Source of the DNA: Macrostomum lignano
Taxonomy: Eukaryota
Direction of reading: 5' to 3'
NCBI GenBank assembly: GCA_002269645.1
Contig: NIVC01004158.1
Location: 1-57,515 of the forward strand
Length of the DNA stretch: 57,515 bases
Position numbers and translations under genes: made by a program. This document shows, piece after piece, positions 10,805-21,500 of this stretch. The notes under the pieces were generated by a model, which saw nothing but the letters and a program-made list of their open reading frames with translations, did not search any database and was not told the DNA's origin. How positions within the stretch are numbered: position 1 is the first letter of the stretch; every line of letters begins with the position of its first letter.

Positions 10805-12605
10805 TCATCGTTTCCGTTTGAACGCGAATTTCCACACAGCCGGCGAGTCGCCACTCGCCTCGGCCATCAGTTTGCGAGGCCGGCCAATTTCGGCGGCCAA
10901 ATTTCGTTTGGCTTCAAGCGCGGCCAGCGCGGAGGACAGGGCGGCAACTCGAGCTACTCGCTGGCGAACGGCTTTAAGCGTGCGCGATCGCTCTTTGGCT
11001 AGGCGGGCGATTTCCTGCTCAGGTAGGCTGGACAGGTGAGCAGACCAGGCTCCATCATTACCTAATTCTTTATCATTGCTCGACTCACAACGACTGAGAC
11101 GTCTAAAATCGGTTTTACTAAACACTGTCCGGCTGCTCTTACTGCCGCTATCGGTTCCGACAAATGCTAGACTGGCCTCTAATTTAGCCAGCTGTGCTCG
11201 TTCAATTTGCAACTTGTGACGCAAATAATTGGAGTCCTCTAGTAGCATCTGGCGCATGCGTTTGTTGTCCGCTGTTGGCGGCTGCCGATCTGTAAAAGTG
11301 CATTCATGAAGAGATTTAAAAACTTAGCCTTTTATCTAAGGATAATTGACTAATTGTTCAGTTTTTGTTCAATTGAATTCTCATTGTTAACAGTCGCTTT
11401 CACAAGCTCGAAAGATCAAAAGCTTAAAACTTCATGCTCAAAACTTAATAAGCTCGAAGCTTAACAAGCTCAAAACTTCATAAGCTCGAAGCTTAATAAG
11501 CTCGAAACTTCATAAGCTCGAAGCTTAATAAGCTCGAAACTTAACAAGCTCGAAACTTCATAAGCTCGAAGCTCAATAAGCTCGAAACTTCATAAGCTCG
11601 AAACTTAATAAGCTCGAAGCTTAATAAGCTCGAAAATTAATAAGCTCGAAACTTCATAAGCTCAAAGCTCAATAAGCTCGAAACTTCATAAGCTCGAAAC
11701 TTAATAAGCTCGAAGCTTAATAAGCTCGAAACTTAATAAGCTCGAAGCTTAATAAGCTCAAAGCTCAATAAGCTCGAAACTTCATAAGCTCGAAACTTCA
11801 TACGCTTAAAACTTCATAAGCTCGAAACTTCACAAGCTGGAAACTTCATAAGCTCGAAATTTCCCAAGTTCGAAACCTCCACCCTTAGTAGAGATAGGCA
11901 GGGGCTGTGTGCACCCTGGCGTACTTTAAGCGACATTGTTACATAACCGGTGAGAGGCATTACTGCCCCCATTCCGCCGACTCCCCTGAGCAGGCACACA
12001 AGGGCGCGGATACGTGCGCAGTACAAAGTCTTATGCACAGGCACACATTCACACAGGAGTGCACAGCGGCCCTAACTTTATTTATTGTTAGGCATGTACA
12101 CTTCACTGCGCCTTGGAGGTTGGCCCTCAAGCTGGGTGTTAATTACACGAGCAGAGCCAAGCCGAGATTCCAATTTAGCCCCAAATTAATGTGGAATCGA
12201 GCCTGGGCCGCTGGCAGATGAGAGCGCCGCGCTGGACCAGTAGGCTACGGCACCCCAGACGATTTTAACTTTCCTTGCCTGTAAATTCGCCATAAATAGC
12301 AAACATAAAATAGAAATTGCAATAGTTTGCTAACCAGCTGCCACACGGGCCGCAGTCTCAGAGTGCTGACCGTCAACCAGCTGAGAGCGAGTCATGTGAA
12401 AATAAAACTCATCCGGATTTTTGTCTCTGGCCCGCTGACGCAACGACTTTAATGTTGCCGACTTTTTCTGATAGTCTTTAGCCCGAACTATGTAGTCTTT
12501 GTGCTTCTCTAACTGGCCAAGATGGGCCCGTCTGCCCAGCTGTTGGCGCTCTTTGTAGTGTCGTCGATCTCTTTTGCTACCTTTCTTTAATGAAGAGAAT
12601 GGCAT
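10805..12605 (-). CDS. UTP11: U3 snoRNA-associated protein 11 (SSU processome); exons 12335-12605 and 10805-11289, ~251 aa
   Basis: [32 protein letters not shown]...[11 protein letters not shown] and C-terminal [11 protein letters not shown]. The phase-1 GT-AG intron joins in frame. Confidence 0.95.
11420..11875. repeat. 16-bp minisatellite (AAGCTCGAAACTTAAT variants) in the UTP11 intron
   Basis: Direct tandem periodicity of 16 nt. Confidence 0.95.
11886..12256 (-). mobile_element. tRNA-derived SINE family A, copy in the UTP11 intron
   Basis: Reverse-complement similarity over ~360 bp to 21573-21936, with a tRNA-like head carrying a B-box (GGCTCGATTCC). A short fragment also lies at ~12670-12715. 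Confidence 0.8.
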
Positions 12606-12719
12606 TGTTGCGACAGCGGCGGCAGAAATATTGAGTAGTATTTTTTGTGTCTAGTTACAGTGTATGGTTATGCCATCGGGCATGCACACTCTGTGCCTTG
12701 GGGGTTGGCCCTTCAAGAA

Positions 12720-13660
12720 ACTACCTTTATCTACCTGACTAGTCTATTTTTATCTACCTGACTACAGTCTATTTATCTACCTGACTACAGTCTACTTTAT
12801 CTACCTGACTACAGTCTATTTTATCTACCTGACTACAGTCTACTTTATCTACCTGACTACAGTCTATTTTATCTACCTGACTACAGTCTATTTATCTACC
12901 TGACTACAGTCTACTTTATCTACCTGACTACAGTCTATTTTATCTACCTGACTACAGTCTACTTTATCTACCTGACTACAGTCTACTTTATCTACCTGAC
13001 TACAGTCTATTTTATCTACCTGACTACAGTCTATTTTATCTACCTGACTACAGTCTATTTTATCTACCTGACTACAGTCTATTTTATCTACCTGACTACA
13101 GTCTATTTTATCTACCTGACTACAGTCTATTTTATCTACCTGACTACAGTCTATTTTATCTACCTGACTACAGTCTATTTATCTACCTGACTACAGTCTA
13201 TTTTATCTACCTGACTACAGTCTATTTTATCTACCTGACTACAGTCTATTTTATCTACCTGACTACAGTCTACTTTATCTACCTGACTACAGTCTACTTT
13301 ATCTACCTGACTACAGTCTATTTTATCTACCTGACTACAGTCTATTTTATCCACCTGACTACAGTCTACTTTATCTACCTGACTACAGTCTACTTTATCT
13401 ACCTGACTACAGTCTACTTTATCTACCTGACTACAGTCTATTTTATCTACCTGACTACAGTCTATTTTATCTACCTGACTACAGTCTATTTTATCCACCT
13501 GACTACAGTCTACTTTATCTACCTGACTACAGTCTACTTTATCTACCTGACTACAGTCTACTTTATCTACCTGACTACAGTCTATTTTATCTACCTGACT
13601 ACAGTCTACTTTATCTACCTGACTACAGTCTATTTTATCTACCTGACTAGTCTATTTTAT
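12720..13660. repeat. 24-bp minisatellite, array 2 (same unit and orientation as 9430-10400)
   Basis: Direct tandem repeats. The ORF 13175..13498 (VDKIDCSQ)n is its translation. Confidence 0.97.
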
Positions 13661-14051
13661 CTACCTGACTACAGTATATTTACTGTAGACTACAGTATAT
13701 TTACTATAGACTACAGTAAATATACTAAATATTTACAGTATATTTACTGTAGTCAAGGGATACTTATGGATATCTTAGTATACTTAGCGATACTTATGGA
13801 TAAAGGGATTAGTATCTGGATTTTCGATTTTAAAACCTCTATTCTAAACAATGTATGAGTAGAGATCTAGCAAAAGCAATTAAAAGAGAAAAAAACAAGA
13901 ATTTGATCCATCGAATAGACGCCACACAGATCCAGCGCTTTACTTAGTCAGCAATCAGCAAACATATATATGAATTTATATATGATTCAATACACTCGTC
14001 AGCACAAATGGCATCCAGAAAAATCGATGCTGATAAGTGATTCAGTGTATT

Positions 14052-14264
14052 CTATTTCAGCTCCTTGATAGCCAGACCAGGGGGCAGGCTCTGCTTGAGC
14101 TTGTCAGCCTTGTCCTTATCAGTGATGACCAGAGTGTAGAGGAATCTGGAGCAGCGCACCTTGAACTTGATGTTGCCCTTATTTGTCTTGATCTTCACAG
14201 ATTTGGCATCTTTTCGCCTTGCAGTAAGCAGGAAGTCCTTGATCTCCTTGATTTCGCGGGGCAT
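14052..14264 (-). CDS. RPL38: 60S ribosomal protein L38 (eL38), 70 aa, uninterrupted CDS
   Basis: [26 protein letters not shown]...[32 protein letters not shown] is the recalled canonical eL38 sequence. An AG acceptor lies just upstream of the ATG. Confidence 0.97.
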   Translation of the reverse strand: MPREIKEIKDFLLTARRKDAKSVKIKTNKGNIKFKVRCSRFLYTLVITDKDKADKLKQSLPPGLAIKELK

Positions 14265-14871
14265 CTCTGCTTGTTCATGCAAATTTTAGTCATACAAAAA
14301 AATTTAAAATCAAATAAAACATCAACATCTCTGATATGTCTTGATATCATAAGAGTTACAATAATATTAAACAATTATCAATAATTTTAATGAAATTTTG
14401 AATTATAGATTTTTGCTATAACCAAACTTTTTTTCATCTATTTCTGTAGCCATATTTAATTTTCCTCATAGCCTATCTATATCCATATATCCATAGCTAA
14501 TTAATTTCTAATAATTTCCCCTAACTTTTGATAGTGTTACATTTAATATGAACAGTTCCTCTACCATTCACTTCCTCTGATATAATGAAAAAGTATTGAT
14601 AGCAATGGTGTAGCCTATAAACAGTCATACATTTTACAATAATCTCAACTTTAGTTTAGTCCCCATTATCCTAATCACACAATATGCACATGCATATTAT
14701 AGCAAAAATCTTTGTTGCTTGAGTCCCTAGACCTAAAGACTTGAGAGCTCATTTATAAAAGCATTGAAAATGGCAAAATTTATTCATTTCCTGTGTTTTA
14801 TTTCCAATTAACCATGACATCAGGGCTCTAATGGACTTTTAAACCCTAGTTATTAAGTGGCTAATATTTCA

Positions 14872-15048
14872 AGGGCAGATCTAGGGGGCCATGACCATGC
14901 ATGCCACCCTAAGCCATGGCCAAAAAAATTTGCCTATACTTTTTTGTTTATAACTATAACTATATATAAGTTCTATTTTCCAACATTGCGTTATAGTACT
15001 TAGTATAGCTTGCCTCCCCCTTCCTAAAAATCTTCTAGATCTGCCTCT
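14872..15048. mobile_element. Short MITE-like element
   Basis: Imperfect TIR GGGCAGATCTAG ... CTAGATCTGCCTC. Confidence 0.45.
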
Positions 15049-15051
15049 ATA

Positions 15052-15808
15052 TAAGGGGCATCCCGAAAGTCCATTTAGTATATGCCATTTTTAACATAAA
15101 CAATGAGTAAAGAGCTCAATTGCTTATGGTCAATTGCTTATGGTATTGCTAGAGCAACCCCCTCTAACTTTATAAAATTTTGAGCTTAATATTTATTGAA
15201 TATTTAAAGTGTTATAATAAATTAACTAGTCTAGTGATTTTAAACTTGGCCAATCTGATTAACTGATAGAGGATGTTAACAATATTGAGCAATGCTTGTG
15301 CATCAAAACCAATTTTTTGCAAGGAACAAAGCTACACAAGTTCACCAGCAACTTATTTAAGCATTCAAAGACTGTGCCTTTACTGAGCGATCTATGTACA
15401 ATTGGTATGCACACTTCAAAGATAGGCAATTCGATATCAAGGATGGCCAGCAATCAGGATAGCCAAGGGAGTCTTGATCAGATGCCAACATTCAGCTAGT
15501 AAAGGGTACCCTCAAAATTGATTGTTGCTTATTCTTTTGTGACTTTGATCTCTTTCCAAAGCTAAAAAATCAACTATGAGGCTACTACTACTACTGCCTA
15601 GATGAACTCTTCAGCATCATTGTTCAAGTCCTTCAATACCTATGTGATTCTGGTGCTACTGACGGAGTCAAGAAACTACCAGAATGCTGGCTATGTATGA
15701 TTGTGGCCAATGGAAGTTATTTTGAATGCCTATGAAGTTTTTAAACTTTCCTGTTGCATTGTTGCATTTTTATTTAGTGACTAAACAGACTTTTAGGATG
15801 CCCCTTGT
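15052..15808 (+). mobile_element. Internally deleted mariner (Tc1/mariner) element with TIRs
   Basis: TIRs AAGGGGCATCCCGAAAGTC / GACTTTTAGGATGCCCCTT. Relic N-terminal HTH ATQVHQQLI*AFKDCAFTERSMYNWYAHFK...SG*PR joined to the mariner C-terminus CDFDLFPKLKNQL*G...GVKKLPECW...NGSYFE; the catalytic core is absent. Confidence 0.8.
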
Positions 15809-16755
15809 TATATTATTAGATATATTAAAAAAATTGCTTCCATAACTATGTATATCCAATTAGTTTGCCTAAAACTTTTATATTTATCATTTATTCTAAT
15901 AGCTAAGCCTAGGCCTATGGCTGTATATCTAGATACATCTAGGTGGCATAGGCCTAATTATTGCAGAACTTTATACTAAATTATTATAAAAATATAAATA
16001 AAATAGATATATTATATGATAATAGACAATAAAGATTAGCAGTTAAAGAAAAAGAATAACTGATCTTAATTACATGCTTAGGCATAACCTAGGGCTTCAG
16101 CTAGCAGTTTTATTGGCAATAAACATTAAATGCAAGTTGCTATTGCATAGATTTAGAATAGTAAATGCCTAGTCATATGACTGCTCTCAGTAACTTATAC
16201 TTATAACAACTTATATTTGCATATTGCTAATAGAAAAAGTGGGGTAATTCTTAAGGTTGTGCATATATGCCATTTGTATAATATGGAATCTAGACTCATA
16301 CTAAAATATAGAAATGTAGACCCATTTGTTAAATTTAATTTTTTTGCCAGTTTTAGGCCTAGTTAAAATTGACTTTTTACTAAGGTAAATAACCCTTTGG
16401 AAATTTCATAAATAGTGTTTTAATATACTTATTTTAAAGTATTTGTGACATAATAATGTGGTGGCCTCGAGAATAACCAGCAAAGGCAAATGAATATGGC
16501 AAAAACAATTTTGAAGCAGTTTTTACTTTTTTAGCACTTGTCAATAAAATCAGTTAATGCGATTAATGGCTGCAGACTTAGTTTATTGTTTAGGCCTATT
16601 GTCAACAGAGACAAATCAAAATACAAGTTGGATTTGTAACGATGCACTGGCAGCTATATAACATTGACAAAAATGAGTTAGATAGCTTAGTAGAAGTGGC
16701 ATGACTAAGAATCGCAGAGGCCTGGCCTAGGGCTGTGGTAGAATGAGGCAAGAAG

Positions 16756-17004
16756 CAGGGTTTTCTTTTTTGCCAAAGACAAGGTACAAAATTGCACCCT
16801 ATGCTCACTTTCATAGTGTGATTTTAAGGCTTAAAGTGCAATTTCTCTTTTTTCTTATTTTAAGGCATTGCGAATGAGGCTTTAATTGAAAAATAGGTTA
16901 TGATATGAGACCGCACTTAAACCACATTTACATTTCAATTTCAGGGTGCAAATTTAAAATTTAAGGTGTATACGCACACTCTATGCATAAAAAAATAAAC
17001 CTAG
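16756..17004. mobile_element. hAT-like MITE (uninterrupted copy of the element split at 36199-39070)
   Basis: CAGGGTTTT terminus. Reverse-complement similarity to 36199-36370 and 38975-39070. Degenerate 8-bp flanks GCAAGAAG/GCAGGAAA. Confidence 0.7.
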
Positions 17005-18559
17005 GCAGGAAAAGAAGGCAACCAAACAAGAGTGCCAGGTGGCAAAGGTCTACAAGCGGGGATGCATAGCCAGGATCCCAAGAATAACCCTGAGGCCTGA
17101 GTGCACGGCTAGACAGAACTGATAAAGAGCGGGCTAGGGGGGTAGGTAGGCATATGAGAACTTAGTATAATTAATGCGCAGCTTTTCTATTGGCTAGCTA
17201 AGAAAAACAGAAATTATCAATCATACACTGTATAAAGGCTTTACAAATGTATGCAGCTGATTAAAATTATTTGGGCACTACTTTATTAAGCAGACGTGAG
17301 TCATGAGAGAACAAAACTAACAATATTATATATTGGTACTATATATCAATACAGCCCTTGGCAAGGCTATTTAAACTGACAATGTCACAGTATTCTTTTT
17401 CTAAAAAAGATTTAGGTATTCAAAACATGTAAAGCATTTAAGTATTTAAAACAATCATAATTAGTAGGGGTCACAAAATCCTGTATTCTGTCAAATCCCA
17501 AGATTGATAATTCTGTTCTCCATGTCCATAAATGTTCTATATTTTACCCAACTGTCTTGCTTATTGCTATTTTATCAGACTAGCAATAAGTTAGTTCTTC
17601 GTGAATTTATAATTTTTAATTGGCATCGCATCGGTCCTAAGCTTTAAATCTTTGAAAATTTTACTTAACAAAACAAAACTTACTGCAGTAAAAAGTTTAT
17701 GTCTACACATACAAGTTTATATGTTAATTTTTTGTCACGTGTTTTCTATTAGAATATTAAATGCGTTTTTTTAGAAAAATGTTATGCATTTTAAAAACCG
17801 TGGTGCACATTTTTAAACGCTTATTTTCATTGCTCTCGATCCAGTTTGCGCTTTCGATATTTTTTTGTACGTAATTGGTCAAATTTCAGCATCTTTCGAA
17901 AATAAAGATCTTTTATATTGTTTTGATTCCACTCTCGAGACCTTAAAGATTAAAGTTTAAAGTTTAAAAAAATAGCTAATAACTTGGTTAATTATCGGCT
18001 AGTAGAAGACTAGAAGTAGGCCTAGATAGAAAGAGCAAACCTACAAACTACAATCCGCGTTAATTAATGGCTAAATAAATGGGTATAGCCTAAATTTATA
18101 GGATCTCTAAAATATAAACTTCTACATTCTGTAGATTGTTCTGAAAACTAGATTTTTTCGTTAATACAGCTTTTTATTTTAATAATAAGAACAAAATCTC
18201 AATGAAACATTTAGGTAAATTGTTTTTACATACATAAATGGTATGCTTAAACTTAAATTACCTTTAAGTTTCTATCTCTCATTCGATGACTCAGCAAATT
18301 AAAACAGTAGTCATTAGACTATAGTTCTTTATTTTTATCCTAAAAGTTTCAGAATTAAGCTTTTCTTCAGGCAAATTATTGCTGAACTGTTTTTAAATCG
18401 ATCCATTTTGAGCCTTGGGCATTAAGCCTTAACAAATTTAATTATCTTGATATTCATATTGTCTAAAACTTTTTTATGTTAAAATGATTTTCCTATAACT
18501 TAACATCTTTCTGCTGGTTCTAGTGTAATGACAATCAACTGCTAACCAGGCCAGTAAAA

Positions 18560-21500
18560 ATGAATTCGGTGCACAACTCTATTGATAATAAGAAAGATAT
18601 TGCTAGGAAGCAGGCTGCTTATGCTGCAGTTGAGGAGCATCTTCTGGTAAATAAAAATGTTATCTGCAAACAGTCTGTCATGATAATGAATAATTTGTAA
18701 CTGTGTTCCAGTCTCATTAGTTCATTGATTTTTCAATTGGAATGATTTTTCAGAACTGCCAGACAATAGGAGTTGGATCTGGACGAACAATGGTTCATGT
18801 TATTGACAGGATTGGTAAGAGTTTCTACTGAGAAAAAGAAGCTTTTTATCCCCATATTTAGACCTAAAAGGTGAATCTGCCCTAGCAGTTTTGCCACATT
18901 TTTAGAGCAAAGTTGAGACAAGCTTAACCCTAAACCCTAACCCTAATTAAATTGTATCAAGTGTTGGAGATATGAAATCCCCCGAGCCATTGGCTGATTG
19001 AGTTCACACTATTATCAGCTTAATGGACTTTATGGACATCAAAAGTATAGAAAAAATGTACATAAATTTGATTTTGCTGTTCGTGTGCTTTTAAAAAAAA
19101 CAGCAAATTCTGAAAAACTGGCAGTAGTTGTGTTGTCTTCTTATAAATTAGTTCTCGTTGATAACTTGATAACTTTACAGAAAACCAATCAAAAATAGTC
19201 CCGGGGGGCATAGGGAAGAAAAGCAAAGAAGAGCTCGATCTGCACTTTCTACTCGAACGCAATATTCTAACTACAATAAATAAGTCAAGCCAATAGTAAC
19301 CATTTGAGCGAGTCAGCCTCTCACTCTCCCCATCTCTCTTAATCTCCATATTTGCCCATAGGGTTTCTTAGGGCTACGTATCTAGTTCCTGCGATGTGTT
19401 TATGGTTTTCCTTCTCTCAGCGAAGACTTGCAAGTACATGCTTGGATATGATTGAGTTCTAGCTCGTGTTAGCGGAATTGCTTATGTTGGGAAATCAATA
19501 GCTGTGCAGGACCCCATCTAGCCAGTAAACCATCAGACTCGCTCTCTTCGCCTGTTTCTTAATGCTAAAACTTGCATAAAGTCTTCTAAACGTCAATTTC
19601 AGCCGAACTAATCCGGCAGAGGGGCTGGTCGGTGCGCTGCATTCCTACTTCTTATCAGGTACGTCTGCCTTTATTACCAACCACGATTCGTCAGGGGTCG
19701 TCAAACTCCGGACCGCCAAGCCTTTATAATCCGGCCCTCGGGTCCTTTAAAACGTTACAGTAGCAATCCAACCAGCTCAATGTTTGTCTCTTTTCAACTC
19801 TCCTCTCCCTTCTCTCCCCTCCCTTCGATCTCCTCTTTCCTCTCTTCTCTTCCTTCTCTTCTCTCCCTTCTCTCCTCTCTTTTCTCTCCTCCATTTTCTC
19901 CTCTCTTTTTTCTCCTCTTCCTTCTCTACTTTCTCTCCCCTCTCCCTTCTCCCCTCTCCCTTCTCCCCTCCCTCTTCTCTCTTCTCCCTTCTTTCCTCTT
20001 CCTTCTCTCCTCTCCCTTCCCTCCCCTCTCTTCTCGAACTTCTCTCCTCCTCCTTCTCTCCTCCCCCTCTCTTCTCTCCCTTCTCTTCTCGAACTTCTAT
20101 CCCCTCCTTTCTCTCCCCTCCATTTTCTCCTCTCTTTTTTCTCCTCTTCCTTCTCTTCTTTCTCTCCCCTCTCCCTTCTCCCCTCTCCCGTCTCTCTTCT
20201 CCCTTCTCTCCTCTCGCTTCTCTACTCTTTCCTCTCTTCTCTCCCTTCTCTCCTCTCGCTTCTCTCTTCTCCCTTCTCTCCTCTCGCTTCTCTCCTCTTT
20301 CCTCTCTTCTCTCCCTTCTCTCCTCTCGCTTCTCTCCTCTTCCTTCTCTCCCTTCGTTTCTCTGCTCTCCCTTCGCTCCTTTCCCTTCTTTCCTCTCCCT
20401 TCTCTCCTCTTCCTTCTCTCCTCTCGCTTCTCTCATCTTTCCTCTCTTCTCTCCCTTCTCTTCTCTCCTCTCGCTTCTCTCCTCTTCCTTCTCTCCCTTC
20501 GTTTCTCTCCCCTCCCTTCTCTCCTTTCCCTTCTCTTCTCTCCCTTCTCTCCACAAAATCTCTTTCATGTACAACTTCATTGGCGGCTGGCTAGCGCTCG
20601 TAGCTAATGTAGCTTCAACTGCTTTTGCTTTCTTATAAAACAACTTACGCATTCGTTCACGCTACTGAACCGAAACTCCCACATGCGCCAAAGGCGAAGC
20701 AGCTAATTCTCGAGCGTGGACTCCGCCTATTCGAGCTGGAGCACTGCGACGAAGAGCTGGACTGGTCGGTGGACAGCGCAGACGAGGTGGACTCCGAGCT
20801 AAACCTGATCAAAGGCGGCGGCGGCTGCCTGTTGCAAGAGAAAATAGTTGACACCGCCGCTCACACTTTGGTGATTGTGTGCGACGAGAGCAAGTATAGC
20901 GTCCAGTTTGGGCACAAGTGGAAGGGCGGCATCCCGCTCGAGGTTGTGCCTATGGCCTGGTCGCTGGTTAAACGCCGGGTCGAGTGCCAGTTCGGTGGCA
21001 GTGCCCTGCTGAGGGAGTCTCTGGGAAAGCTGGTGAGCTGGTGACATAGAAGCTGTCATCAGTATTCTATGGGGCTGTCATCAGCATTTTATGGGGCTGT
21101 CGTCAGCATTTTGCATCATATCAATGTTCGCATAATTTTCCGTTTTAAGTTTTAGCTATTAGTAAAACTAGTTGCCAACGCCAATCGAAAAGCCGACTCC
21201 CAAAAAACATTAATATTTTCAGGGTCCCGTTGTCACTGATAACGGCAATTTTATACTCGACTGGCACTTCGATCAGCAGCACAATTGGGAAGAAGTGGAT
21301 TTCCAGCTGCATCAGATGCCAGGTGATTTCCTATCATATTAGCTTCATTAGTTTATTAAAGACAGCAATAAACCCCGATTAGGATCTACGTTAAACAGCT
21401 TTGTTCATGTACAAAGCTTAAATATCTCGTATATAACTGACCTAGACTAGATCAACAACAATATAAAGAATGATATTGGTAACATTGCCTTCGTTTTATT

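Noticed and set aside
18925-18947. (TAACCC)-like telomeric repeats
   Set aside because: Only about three imperfect units inside an RPIA intron, too short to indicate a telomere or healing event.
19694-19745. hAT-like terminus CAGGGGTCGTCAAACTCCGG
   Set aside because: No matching opposite TIR or TSD found, so at most a fragment.
19777-20652. Long E/R/K/G-rich or S/P/L/F-rich ORFs
   Set aside because: Artefacts of the CT tract inside RPIA intron 3.
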